A DNA stretch of 64,000 nucleotides. Origin: an uncultured Candidatus Saccharibacteria bacterium (lineage in GTDB: Bacteria > Patescibacteriota > Saccharimonadia > CAILAD01 > BJGX01). Positions 45,442-54,452 of the stretch are shown here, piece by piece. A program made the translations under genes and the position numbers. How positions within the stretch are numbered: the stretch's first letter is position 1; every line of letters starts with the position of its first letter. The DNA lies in the NCBI GenBank assembly GCA_964610335.1, contig CAZSVP010000002.1, forward strand, positions 14,376 through 78,375, given 5' to 3'. The notes beneath the pieces were generated by a model. The model searched no databases. It worked only from the letters and a program-made list of their open reading frames with translations, and was not told where the DNA came from.

Positions 45442-45861
45442 TTACTCTCCTTTTCCGTTGTTTAATTCTGCTTCTGCGTCTGGGTGAATTCGGCCCTCGG
45501 CCAACAGTTCTCCGCCTGCGTTTAGAATAGCTTTTTTAAGATCCTTGGCCCAAAGTTGTTCGATTACTAGCAATCCAGCTGAGCAATCGTTGTCCAGCAA
45601 TTCTGCTACCTCAGCAACATCATCGTCACTTACTAAGCCGGAATCTATCCCTTTGGCCTTAGCAAACTCTGCTATCAGCTCATCTTCTATCTCACTCAGC
45701 TCAAGTGATGTTACTTCACCACTAGCATCTTTTGAGACAAGTGCGATATCCAAAACAGCGATAATACCATCGTTGGTTGCTTTCTCTAGTGCTTTTAGTA
45801 TTTCGCCATTAAACTTATTTTGTTTAAACTCTACTATTATGTAATCGATTGGTCCCCGCAT
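45442..45861 (-). CDS. Hypothetical acidic protein
   Basis: 139 aa ORF adjacent to SHOCT gene. Confidence 0.45.
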   Translation of the reverse strand: MRGPIDYIIVEFKQNKFNGEILKALEKATNDGIIAVLDIALVSKDASGEVTSLELSEIEDELIAEFAKAKGIDSGLVSDDDVAEVAELLDNDCSAGLLVIEQLWAKDLKKAILNAGGELLAEGRIHPDAEAELNNGKGE

Positions 45862-46010
45862 AAGTTCTCCTTAGTTACATTCCTATCATACCAAATTACA
45901 CGTTACAGCGTATTATTTCTACTAACCAAAAAGTGGCTTAAGCGATTGAAAGATGCCGCTAAATCTGCTAGACTGTAATCTGTTTTTGATCTGATTCTTG
46001 TTTTCTTTTA

Positions 46011-46041
46011 CATTTTGCTAAACCAAGCTTCTGTTTAGCAA
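46011..46041. repeat. Hairpin TTTTGCTAAAC-CAAGCTTCT-GTTTAGCAAAA (copy 1 of tRNA-upstream conserved stem-loop)
   Basis: 11 bp perfect stem; loop CAAGCTTCT; second copy at 48676-48705. Confidence 0.6.
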
Positions 46042-46119
46042 AATGAGAGGAAAATTGTTGTGGCAATTGAAGCAATCAGACTTGTCTGATTGTGAAAATT
46101 ACAGTCAACAGTTTGACGA

Positions 46120-46206
46120 GCAGGGGTAGCGAAGCGGCCAAACGCGGCAGACTGTAAATCTGCTGGCTTTATGCCTTCGGGGGTTCGAATCCCTCCCCCT
46201 GCACCA
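46120..46206 (+). tRNA. tRNA-Tyr (GTA), long variable arm, CCA encoded
   Basis: Acceptor GCAGGGG/CCCCTGC, anticodon loop CTGTAAA, 87 nt. Confidence 0.85.
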
Positions 46207-46282
46207 GCCGATGTAGCTCAGTGGCTAGAGCAACTGTTTTGTAAACAGTAGGTCGTGGGTTCGAATCCCTCCATCGGCTCCA
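46207..46282 (+). tRNA. tRNA-Thr (TGT), CCA encoded
   Basis: Acceptor GCCGATG/CATCGGC, anticodon stem ACTGT/ACAGT loop TTTGTAA; abuts tRNA-Tyr with 0 nt spacer. Confidence 0.85.
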
Positions 46283-46306
46283 TGTTATTATCAGCAGCTA
46301 AAACAC

Positions 46307-46382
46307 GCCGCCCTAGCTCAGTTGGTAGAGCGCTTCCATGGTAAGGAAGAGGTCGCGGGTTCGAATCCCACGGGTGGCTCCA
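46307..46382 (+). tRNA. tRNA-Thr (GGT), CCA encoded
   Basis: Acceptor GCCGCCC/GGGTGGC (one G-U), anticodon loop ATGGTAA. Confidence 0.85.
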
Positions 46383-46409
46383 GAAATTATAACAATAAGG
46401 CTAAAAACT

Positions 46410-46634
46410 ATGGCGACCAAGAAAAAAGATACTACTCGTAAGTCCCTATACTTGTCAGACGACAAGAAGCTGCTTGGCGTAGCTGGTGGGATTGCCGAAT
46501 ATTTTGATATCGATCCTGCAATTGTACGAATTATTGCCCTCATACTAATAGTATGCTCAGGATTCGTGCCGGGTATGATTATATACTTCATAATTGGGCT
46601 GTTTATCATGCCTGAAAAAAATGCCAAAAAGTAA
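46410..46634 (+). CDS. PspC-domain small membrane protein
   Basis: LYLSDDKKLLGVAGGIAEYFDIDPAIVRII; start moved to ATG 46410 because track ORF overlaps tRNA. Confidence 0.65.
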   Translation: MATKKKDTTRKSLYLSDDKKLLGVAGGIAEYFDIDPAIVRIIALILIVCSGFVPGMIIYFIIGLFIMPEKNAKK

Positions 46635-46842
46635 CCATAAATCCGACAAGGAACTCACCCTTGCTGCTGATGACAAAAAAGTCGCGGGTATTGCCGGAGG
46701 TATTGCTGAGTATTACAACCTCAGCCCAGTATGGGTGCGTATAGTAGGCATTGTATTTATAGTACTGTCGGGCATCATCCCCGGTCTGCTTATTTATTTC
46801 ATCATTGCTACGGCCATTCGTCGTGGCGAATCAAAAAACTAG
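46621..46842 (+). CDS. Second PspC-domain small membrane protein
   Basis: LTLAADDKKVAGIAGGIAEYYNLSPVWVRIV; tandem paralogue. Confidence 0.6.
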   Translation: MPKSNHKSDKELTLAADDKKVAGIAGGIAEYYNLSPVWVRIVGIVFIVLSGIIPGLLIYFIIATAIRRGESKN

Positions 46843-47273
46843 TTTCTAAGTGTGCCTATCTTATAATCTTGCAACATTTGGCCTGCAGTTGTGGAATGTC
46901 CACGACCACCACTGCGCCCTTGTGTATCGAACGCCTTTGTAGCTTCCTTACCACAGTACGGTATAATCTCAGCTTCACCACCGGGATGCTGACTAAGAAA
47001 CTTCGATACATCATAAACATTACCATTTACTACCAACCAGCAATTTGATGCAGTATTGTGACTCGAGACCTCAGAAATTGTAAAAACTTGAGTGGCTTGG
47101 CTTGGTTGAGTCTGGGTTGGATTGTTGGAGTTTGTATTCGATGGTGAAGGTGTTGTCACTGGCTGAGTAGGTGTAGCAGCTTCTCTTTGTTGTTTTTGTA
47201 AAAAACCCAGTACAAAGATACCGCACATTATCACTGCACAAACACCAGTGATTATCGCAAGTAGATACTTCAT
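46839..47273 (-). CDS. Membrane-anchored cytochrome b5-like heme-binding domain protein
   Basis: N-terminal TM, STP-rich linker, HPGG heme-binding motif. Confidence 0.6.
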   Translation of the reverse strand: MKYLLAIITGVCAVIMCGIFVLGFLQKQQREAATPTQPVTTPSPSNTNSNNPTQTQPSQATQVFTISEVSSHNTASNCWLVVNGNVYDVSKFLSQHPGGEAEIIPYCGKEATKAFDTQGRSGGRGHSTTAGQMLQDYKIGTLRN

Positions 47274-48550
47274 GACAAGCTAAACTCCTCGGTTATGATA
47301 TGGGTTTTGCTTACACCATCATTCACCAAACTTCTTTTAAATGCCTTCATCATGGGTGGTGGGCCACATATCCATATAGCGGTGTTGATATCATAAATCT
47401 TAGTAATGTCATGGCTAGTAAGCTGAGTTTGATGCTCTGTATCGATGAAGTGTATGTGAAAGTTTGGCTTGAGCTTGGCAATAGCTTGCAACTCTCTTAA
47501 GAAATAAGCCTGGGATTTAGAACGCACGCTATAGAACAAGTCGACTTGCTGCTTGTCCAGTGATTTGGCCATTGCCACAAATGGAGTGATGCCTATTCCA
47601 CCAGCTATCCAAATCTGTTTCTGATAGTTAGTAAGCTCACTACCAAATTCACCATATGCCCCCTCAACTATTACGTCGTCACCAACCTTCAGCTCAGTTA
47701 GGCTGTTGGTAAAGTCACCAAGCTGCTTGATGCCCACGCTTATAGTACTACCACCTGGCACAGACGTAAGACTAAAGGGGTGAAATTGCTTTTTGACTGC
47801 ACTATTGATGGGTTTGACAAAAACAAACTGCCCCGGCGTATATCCACCTATGCCGTTATTTGAACTGAGGCTCAGCTCCAGCACTTCAGCTTGCTTAGAA
47901 ATATCAGTTACTTGGTAACTATAGCGTCTGCGAAAACTACCATGAAAAAGTGAACGATATAGCATAACTATGAGCGCCAATCCCACCAGAACACTTCCAT
48001 AAATTATGAGCGGCCACGATTGCAAGACATCACTACCAGTCATATATATAGCGTGGTATGCGCCCAGGAAGAATACTAGTCCCAGTGTGATCTGCAGCTT
48101 TACAAACAGTTCGTGCTTGATTACCAAATAAGTAGTAGCAAAGATCGCCACAAACATAATACCGAGTGTTGCTTCCGCGGCTAGCTGTGGATAGTTCAGG
48201 CTCGGTTTTAGGAACTCATACGCACTAGTAAACGAAATCATGGCATAGCGAATAGCTATAAGCGTCGGGTGGATTATCAACAGCATGAATGCGATACAAC
48301 CTGTACGGTGGTGCCAACGATATAGATTGGGTAATCCTCCATAAAGCCTCTCAAACATCTCTAGCCTTGTGCTGAGTAAGATATTCCAACCAAATAGTGA
48401 GAACCCCGCCAGTGCAAAAAGCTTAACAGCGGTATTAACACTGCTGGATAGTGTATCAAGCAAGATTGGCTGGCTGACAACCCACAATAGTACTGGGAAA
48501 AGTGCCACTACTGCAGTTGTTATAGTTGCTCGAATGTTGGCTTTTTGCAT
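47270..48550 (-). CDS. Ferric-reductase/NOX-family flavocytochrome (6-TM heme domain + FAD + NAD(P)H binding)
   Basis: TM domain with His pairs, HPFS FAD motif, GGIGITPF NAD(P)-binding motif. Confidence 0.65.
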   Translation of the reverse strand: MQKANIRATITTAVVALFPVLLWVVSQPILLDTLSSSVNTAVKLFALAGFSLFGWNILLSTRLEMFERLYGGLPNLYRWHHRTGCIAFMLLIIHPTLIAIRYAMISFTSAYEFLKPSLNYPQLAAEATLGIMFVAIFATTYLVIKHELFVKLQITLGLVFFLGAYHAIYMTGSDVLQSWPLIIYGSVLVGLALIVMLYRSLFHGSFRRRYSYQVTDISKQAEVLELSLSSNNGIGGYTPGQFVFVKPINSAVKKQFHPFSLTSVPGGSTISVGIKQLGDFTNSLTELKVGDDVIVEGAYGEFGSELTNYQKQIWIAGGIGITPFVAMAKSLDKQQVDLFYSVRSKSQAYFLRELQAIAKLKPNFHIHFIDTEHQTQLTSHDITKIYDINTAIWICGPPPMMKAFKRSLVNDGVSKTHIITEEFSLS

Positions 48551-48675
48551 TGTCTTATCATAACCTCTTATATGCCCCCCTCAAGCACTTACCACAAGGC
48601 TATAAATCTACCTGGTTATTTGGTAAAATGATCGAGTTACTATTGTAACTTTCCTAGCCGTTTCAGGATAAACGC

Positions 48676-48705
48676 TTTTGTAAACCAAGTTTCTGTTTGC
48701 AAAAG
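48676..48705. repeat. Hairpin CTTTTGTAAAC-CAAGTTTCT-GTTTGCAAAAG (copy 2 of tRNA-upstream conserved stem-loop)
   Basis: Same stem/loop architecture and near-identical loop as 46011-46041. Confidence 0.6.
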
Positions 48706-48782
48706 CGAAAGGAAGAACACGATGTATGCTGACAGAGATTTCCTTGAAATCGCGAGAAGCAGAAATGCGTGTTCTGACGCAG

Positions 48783-48859
48783 AGGGGTGTAGCTCAGTTG
48801 GCTAGAGCGTCGGTCTCCAAAACCGAAGGTCGCGGGTTCGACTCCTGCCACCCCTGCCA
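48783..48859 (+). tRNA. tRNA-Trp (CCA), CCA encoded
   Basis: Acceptor AGGGGTG/CACCCCT, anticodon loop CTCCAAA. Confidence 0.85.
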
Positions 48860-48873
48860 AAGCACTTATGCTT

Positions 48874-48897
48874 AAAAGACCATTTGGTCTTTTTTTT
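48874..48897 (+). terminator. Intrinsic terminator AAAGACCA-TTT-GGTCTTT + T7
   Basis: Hairpin followed by TTTTTTT immediately 3' of tRNA-Trp. Confidence 0.7.
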
Positions 48898-48949
48898 GTT
48901 ATCATAGGGTTGTATTAAGTTAATTCAATAACCACTTTTAAGGAGCTGC

Positions 48950-49411
48950 ATGAAAAAAGATGAAGTAATGAAGCAATCAATATTGTATGGAATAATAGGA
49001 TTACTGGTAGGCATACTACTGACAGTATTTGTAGCTACGATTTCAGTAAATAACAACAATCAAACTATGATGCGGGTAATGGGTATGAAAACTAACCAAA
49101 ATAGCCCTAGTGTTATGCGTGACTCATCTATGAGCATGGATGACATGACGAATGAGCTTAAAAGCAAAACAGGAGATGAATTCGACAAAGCTTTCTTGGC
49201 TGAGATGATAGTACACCATCAAGGAGCAATAGATATGGCAAATTTGGTACTACAAAAATCTACAAAACCAGAACTCCGTAGCTTAGCAAATGACATCATT
49301 GCAGCACAAACCAAAGAGATTAACCAAATGAAGATATGGCAACAACAGTGGGGTTATCCAGTGAGCTCAAGCTCAGATGATAGTATGGGCGGCATGCATA
49401 TGATGCATTAG
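48950..49411 (+). CDS. DUF305 family protein (copper-resistance associated), secreted/membrane-anchored
   Basis: HHQGAIDMA and ...QTKEINQMKIWQ motifs, N-terminal TM. Confidence 0.65.
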   Translation: MKKDEVMKQSILYGIIGLLVGILLTVFVATISVNNNNQTMMRVMGMKTNQNSPSVMRDSSMSMDDMTNELKSKTGDEFDKAFLAEMIVHHQGAIDMANLVLQKSTKPELRSLANDIIAAQTKEINQMKIWQQQWGYPVSSSSDDSMGGMHMMH

Positions 49412-49414
49412 TGT

Positions 49415-51418
49415 ATGAATCACCAGCAGCACAACCATAGCGAAGAACAAGACTACGACAAGCACGCTGGTCACTCGGTAGCGATGTTTCGTAGTAAGTT
49501 TTGGGTTTGTCTCGTTTTAACAGTTCCCGTTCTTTTGTATTCAGACAATGTTGCACGCTGGCTTCATGTAAGCCCACCGAGTTTCCCTGGCTCAATGTAT
49601 GTACCATTTGTACTGAGCAGCGTCATATTCTTTTATGGCGGCTGGGTATTTATAAAAGGAGCTATTGGCGAACTTAAGAGTCGATTACCGGGTATGATGA
49701 CCCTCATAAGTCTGGCAATCATTACTTCGTATATATACAGTTTAGCAACGGTATTTGGGTTGCCAGGCGAAGGCTTCTTTTGGGAGTTAGCAACGCTTGT
49801 GACTATTATGCTACTTGGCCACTGGCTAGAAATGGCCTCGGTTGCCCGAGCAGAAAGTGCTATTGATGCAATTGCCAAACTTTTACCTGACAAAGCTGAA
49901 AAGCTCGTAAATGGTAAGCCTCAGGCCGTAATGGTTTCTGAGCTAAAGATTGGTGATTTGGTTTTGGTACGACCAGGTACCAATATCCCAGTTGACGGCA
50001 TTGTAACAGACGGTACATCTGCCGTAGATGAAGCAGCCTTTTCTGGCGAATCAAAGCCTGTAACTAAAGCTATTCATGATGAAATTGTGGCTGGCACAGT
50101 CAATCAAGATGGGGCTTTAACGGTCAAAGTAACTAAGCTCGGTGACGATACTGCTTTGGCTGGCATAATGCGGCTAGTCAAAGAAGCCCAAGCCTCAAAG
50201 TCTAATGTTCAAGTGTTGGCAGACAAAGCAGCTTTTTGGCTGACTATTATTGCCCTCTCAGCTAGCTTATTAACGTTTGGATATTGGCTATTTGCCAAAG
50301 ACAGCCTATTCGCCCTAGAACGAGCCGTGACGGTGCTTATAATCGCTTGTCCTCACGCTTTAGGCTTAGCAATCCCTCTTGTAGTATCAATCTCTACGGC
50401 AATCTCTGCCCGCAACGGATTACTCGTGCGAAAACGGTTAGCCCTGGAATCAGCTCGTAAACTAGACATAGTGTTGTTTGATAAAACCGGCACACTAACT
50501 AAGGGTAAGCATGGCGTGACCAATATCTTTACCACTGATGGATATACCAATGATCAAATTCTTAGTCTTACAGCAAGCCTAGAGCAACAAAGCGAGCATA
50601 TCGTTGGTCAGGGCATCGTGAACAAAGCCACCGAACAGAAACTCGAACTGTCGAAAGTGTCGTCTTTTTCGGCAATCCCGGGTATAGGTGTACAGGCAAC
50701 AATAAATAAACAGAAATACTTAGCCGTGAGTTATCGCTATATCGAAGATAATAAGATTGAATTGCCAAGTGTTCTCGGCAAGCAACTCAAACAGGCTGCC
50801 AAAGAAGGAAAAACAGAAGTTTACTTAGTAACAAATAAGAAGGTAGTCGGCGCATTAGCATTGACCGATATAATCAGGACTGAATCAAAAGAAGCTATTG
50901 CGGCCTTGCAGGCCATGAATATTCGTACCGCTATGATTACAGGCGACTCAGAAGATGTTGCAAAGTATGTGGCTAAACAACTTAAATTAGATGTGTATTT
51001 TGCGGAAGTACGGCCAGAGAATAAGGCTGATAAGGTCAAAGAGCTACAAGCACAAGGCGAGCAGGTGGCAATGGTTGGTGATGGTATCAACGATGCCCCA
51101 GCATTAACGGCAGCCACTATTGGGATTGCTATCGGAGCTGGCACTGACGTAGCTATTAAGTCAGCCGATATTATCCTTGTTAAGAGTAATCCACTTGATG
51201 TTGTAAAAGTAATACATTTATCTAAAGCGACATATAAGAAGATGAGGCAAAACTTAATTTGGGCAACTGGTTATAATGTTGTGGCTATCCCGCTGGCCGC
51301 AGGTGTGTTGTATAGCTTCGGAATCTTGTTAGCCCCAGCAATAGGTGCGGTGCTAATGTCAGTGTCTACGATTGTGGTGGCTGCCAATGCCCAACTTCTT
51401 AGAAGGACAAGACTATGA
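49415..51418 (+). CDS. Heavy-metal P1B-type ATPase, CopB-like (His-rich N-terminus, CPH motif)
   Basis: MNHQQHNHSEE...H-rich; CPHALGLA; DKTGTLT; GDGINDAPAL. Confidence 0.85.
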   Translation: MNHQQHNHSEEQDYDKHAGHSVAMFRSKFWVCLVLTVPVLLYSDNVARWLHVSPPSFPGSMYVPFVLSSVIFFYGGWVFIKGAIGELKSRLPGMMTLISLAIITSYIYSLATVFGLPGEGFFWELATLVTIMLLGHWLEMASVARAESAIDAIAKLLPDKAEKLVNGKPQAVMVSELKIGDLVLVRPGTNIPVDGIVTDGTSAVDEAAFSGESKPVTKAIHDEIVAGTVNQDGALTVKVTKLGDDTALAGIMRLVKEAQASKSNVQVLADKAAFWLTIIALSASLLTFGYWLFAKDSLFALERAVTVLIIACPHALGLAIPLVVSISTAISARNGLLVRKRLALESARKLDIVLFDKTGTLTKGKHGVTNIFTTDGYTNDQILSLTASLEQQSEHIVGQGIVNKATEQKLELSKVSSFSAIPGIGVQATINKQKYLAVSYRYIEDNKIELPSVLGKQLKQAAKEGKTEVYLVTNKKVVGALALTDIIRTESKEAIAALQAMNIRTAMITGDSEDVAKYVAKQLKLDVYFAEVRPENKADKVKELQAQGEQVAMVGDGINDAPALTAATIGIAIGAGTDVAIKSADIILVKSNPLDVVKVIHLSKATYKKMRQNLIWATGYNVVAIPLAAGVLYSFGILLAPAIGAVLMSVSTIVVAANAQLLRRTRL

Positions 51419-52038
51419 ATAAAAAAAGCAGTAAAGGTACCCCTCGGTTTGACCTGCTGGTTGCACTTTCATCAGGAATTTTTGCAGGAGCGGCAATATT
51501 TGAAATTATTCCAGAATCAGCGAAACAGTTGGGGTGGATCAATGCCTTTTTATTAACAGTTACTGGGTTTGTGATATGGTATGTGCTTAAATTAGTAACT
51601 AACAAGTTTTCAAAGAACGCTTTTGCCATATCTGCAAGTTTAGCATTTTGGTTTCATTCCCTGCTCGAAGGTGCCATAACCGCCGTAGGATTGAGTATTG
51701 GTGGAATAGTTGGTTTCGGCATAGTAACTGGTATGATACTGCACTTACTCCCTGAATTTTTTGCTGTGGTGGCAATTTTGCGTTCTGAGGGCTTTTCTTT
51801 AAAAAAGTCTGTAATGGTCGATGTAATAACCATCATTGTATTACTTGTAAGCTTTGGTATCACTTATTACTTTCTGCGACAGTTCAGCCAAACTACACTC
51901 GTTGCTCTTGAAGCCGTTAGCGCGGGGGCGTTCTTGTATATTGCCGGACATAGCCTACTAACACGAGTTCGTATGTCAACTTTGGTTGCTGCCACAGCTG
52001 GGTTGGCTATTATGTTATTAATTCGTGTGGTCGTATAA
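51415..52038 (+). CDS. ZIP-family metal permease (ZupT-like)
   Basis: 207 aa, 6-7 TM, FHSLLEGA and AGHSL metal-binding motifs; ATGA overlap with ATPase stop. Confidence 0.6.
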   Translation: MNKKSSKGTPRFDLLVALSSGIFAGAAIFEIIPESAKQLGWINAFLLTVTGFVIWYVLKLVTNKFSKNAFAISASLAFWFHSLLEGAITAVGLSIGGIVGFGIVTGMILHLLPEFFAVVAILRSEGFSLKKSVMVDVITIIVLLVSFGITYYFLRQFSQTTLVALEAVSAGAFLYIAGHSLLTRVRMSTLVAATAGLAIMLLIRVVV

Positions 52039-52058
52039 TTAAAGCAGTCCTAAGCTGG

Positions 52059-52110
52059 TTCACAACGTCCTGCCAGAGTACTTATGCTTAAAGAAGCCCA
52101 CGGGGTTTCT
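52059..52110 (+). repeat. Boundary repeat B: CCTGCCAGAGTACTTATGCTTAAA + hairpin + CTTTTTGATATAATA (tRNA-Trp-3'-end-like core; extended -10 TGATATAAT)
   Basis: Matches 48853-48876 at 22/24 positions; shares ends with copy C. Confidence 0.6.
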
Positions 52111-52152
52111 TTTTGATATAATAAGTTTATTAGAAAAATTATCACTACAACA

Positions 52153-52737
52153 ATGATTACCCTAGACGGCGTTATGCAAGCGCCCGGTGCCTCCAAAGAA
52201 GATACTGCGCAAGGGTTTGAATACGGAGGTTGGCAGACTGGCTATTGGGACGAAGATGCAGACAAAATAATAGACACAAAGGTACAGGCTGCACCTTTTG
52301 ACCTGCTCTTAGGAAGACTCACGTATGAAATCTTTGCGGCTTACTGGCCTAATTACACAGATGAACAGCGTTGGGGCAAGCCATTCAATAGCGCGAAAAA
52401 GTATGTTGTCTCACCCAAGCCCTTCAAACTCTCTTGGAATAATTCTGAACTTATTACGGGTGATGTGCTGGCAGAAATAAAAAAGCTTAAAAAATCAGAC
52501 GGTCCTGACCTATTAGTGTACGGTAGTGGCAACCTTATACAAACGCTTCTTAGTAACAACCTAATAGACAGAATGCACATCTGGACATTTCCTGTTACTA
52601 TTGGTACCGGCAAAAGATTATTCGCAGAAGGCACACAGCCAGAGCGCTTTAACCCGGTAGACTCCAAAATTACCAAGACAGGCATAATATTTGCCACCTA
52701 CGAGCCAAAGGGACCGCTCAAAAAAACCCAGAGCTAG
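52153..52737 (+). CDS. Dihydrofolate reductase family protein (RibD C-terminal domain, YwjB-like)
   Basis: 194 aa; LLLGRLTYE...LLVYGSGNL DHFR-like fold motifs. Confidence 0.6.
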   Translation: MITLDGVMQAPGASKEDTAQGFEYGGWQTGYWDEDADKIIDTKVQAAPFDLLLGRLTYEIFAAYWPNYTDEQRWGKPFNSAKKYVVSPKPFKLSWNNSELITGDVLAEIKKLKKSDGPDLLVYGSGNLIQTLLSNNLIDRMHIWTFPVTIGTGKRLFAEGTQPERFNPVDSKITKTGIIFATYEPKGPLKKTQS

Positions 52738-52779
52738 ACTCGATTATCATTAATAAAGTACTAATCTCGCTTACTACGC

Positions 52780-52831
52780 CCTGCCAAAGTACTAATTGGT
52801 GCCAAGACAATCGAACAGCTTTTTGATATGA
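52780..52831 (+). repeat. Boundary repeat C: CCTGCCAAAGTACT...CTTTTTGATATGATA
   Basis: Shares 14 nt 5' core and 15 nt 3' end with repeat B; middle differs. Confidence 0.55.
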
Positions 52832-52838
52832 TAGTCAC

Positions 52839-54452
52839 ATGAATCGAGCAGAAAAAACTGTTTTAATACTGCTGTGTATGGCGCAGCTTATACTTACCCT
52901 AGACTCTACGGTCATGAATGTATCAATCAGTACACTGGTAGTAGACCTCAACACAACAGTCTCGGCAGTCCAAAGCGCCATAGCCTTCTACACCCTAGTA
53001 ATGGCCGCATTTATGATCGCGGGTGCCAAGATCGGCGATGTGATTGGTCGCAAAAAAGCCTTCATAATCGGACTTATCATATACGGCACCGGTTCACTCA
53101 TCACATCGCTAGCACCCAACATCAATGTACTCAAATTCGGCTGGTCACTTCTAGAAGGCTTAGGCGCAGCCTTGATAGTACCAGCGATGATATCACTAAT
53201 AGCGAGCAACTTTGGAGCTGGACCAAGGCGCGTGCGAGCTTATGGAATGTTGGCCGCTATGGCAGCGATTGGAGCGGCAATTGGACCGATCGTAGGTGGT
53301 CTTCTGACCACCTATGCTAGCTGGCGACTGGTATTTGCCGGCGAGGTGCTAATAGTTCTATATATACTGTTCAATCACACCAAGATAAAAGACGCACCCG
53401 CCACTGCCAATCCACCTCGTCTCGATTGGCTCGGTGTAGGGCTAACTGCTGCTGGTATGTTTACAATTGTACAGGGCATACTACTAGCTAGTACTTATGG
53501 ATTCTTCCGTGCCCGCCAAGCTTTTGAAATCAATGGCAATGTAGTGATTGAGCCTGGTCAGGTATCTCCTACTGTGTACTTTGTGATTGGTGGTGTAGTG
53601 ATACTGGCACTATTTGTGCTGTGGGAGCTTTGGCGGACCAAGAAAAACAAGGACGTCTTGGTGCATCTGCGATTGTTTGCCAACTCTGTTGTGCAATCGG
53701 GTTTAGGTACTATCCTAACACTATACTTCCTGCTTGGTGGTACTATGTATACCCTGGCACTATTTACACAGATTCAACTAGGATACAACGCTCTCCTATC
53801 TGGACTTACCATGCTGCCGCTTTCGGTAATGATATTGCTACTAGCTAGTCGTGGACCAGCCATGGCAGAAAAGTTTGCTCCACGCTACATAGTCCGTGCC
53901 GGATTCCTAGCAATATTTGTGGGTGTAATACTGGTAGGATTGACGTCGTCTAGTGCAACTTCTGGCTGGAAGTTAGTTCCTGGAATTGCCTTTGTAGGTA
54001 TGGGTGTAGGTATTATCATGTCGCAGTTGCAAAACTTGGTACAAAGCTCAGTAGAGTTGAAAGACTCATCGGAGACATCTGGCCTTATGGCTACGTTCCA
54101 AAACCTCGGAATGAGCTTGGGGACAGCTATCGGTGGTGTATTACTAATTATCTCACTACTCAATGTAAGCAGTCAGCTAATCGCTCAAAACACTACTCTC
54201 AGTGATAGTCAAAAAGCTCAGCTCAACACCGCTTACGAACAAAACGCTCAAATCGCCAGCAATGCTCAAGTTGAGGCGGCCACAGCCAGCTTGCCACCTG
54301 ACGTTTCCGCACAAGTGGTAGATATCAACGCTCAAGCACGTAGTGCCGCCCTAAGTAGGGTGTTTATACTGCTTGGAGTTATGAGCCTACTTGGTCTGGT
54401 AGCTACTATCAAGCTGCCACAAAACAAACCTGGTCCAAAAGCGCTCGGCTAG
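52839..54452 (+). CDS. MFS transporter, DHA2 (EmrB/QacA) 14-TMS drug:H+ antiporter family
   Basis: 537 aa, 14 predicted TM, MFS motif A region GDVIGRKKAF. Confidence 0.75.
   Translation: MNRAEKTVLILLCMAQLILTLDSTVMNVSISTLVVDLNTTVSAVQSAIAFYTLVMAAFMIAGAKIGDVIGRKKAFIIGLIIYGTGSLITSLAPNINVLKFGWSLLEGLGAALIVPAMISLIASNFGAGPRRVRAYGMLAAMAAIGAAIGPIVGGLLTTYASWRLVFAGEVLIVLYILFNHTKIKDAPATANPPRLDWLGVGLTAAGMFTIVQGILLASTYGFFRARQAFEINGNVVIEPGQVSPTVYFVIGGVVILALFVLWELWRTKKNKDVLVHLRLFANSVVQSGLGTILTLYFLLGGTMYTLALFTQIQLGYNALLSGLTMLPLSVMILLLASRGPAMAEKFAPRYIVRAGFLAIFVGVILVGLTSSSATSGWKLVPGIAFVGMGVGIIMSQLQNLVQSSVELKDSSETSGLMATFQNLGMSLGTAIGGVLLIISLLNVSSQLIAQNTTLSDSQKAQLNTAYEQNAQIASNAQVEAATASLPPDVSAQVVDINAQARSAALSRVFILLGVMSLLGLVATIKLPQNKPGPKALG

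Noticed and set aside
46063-46131. Short ORFs (23 and 27 codons; second at 48734-48814) with purine-rich SD-like sequence that terminate inside the 5' ends of tRNA-Tyr and tRNA-Trp
   Set aside because: Peptides are unrelated to each other. Most likely a coincidence of the conserved purine-rich spacer. Kept only as part of the hairpin finding.
46011-52831. Considered a CRISPR array because of recurring repeats near the tRNAs
   Set aside because: Only 2-3 copies, irregular spacing of hundreds to thousands of bp, repeats are not identical, and no cas genes are present.
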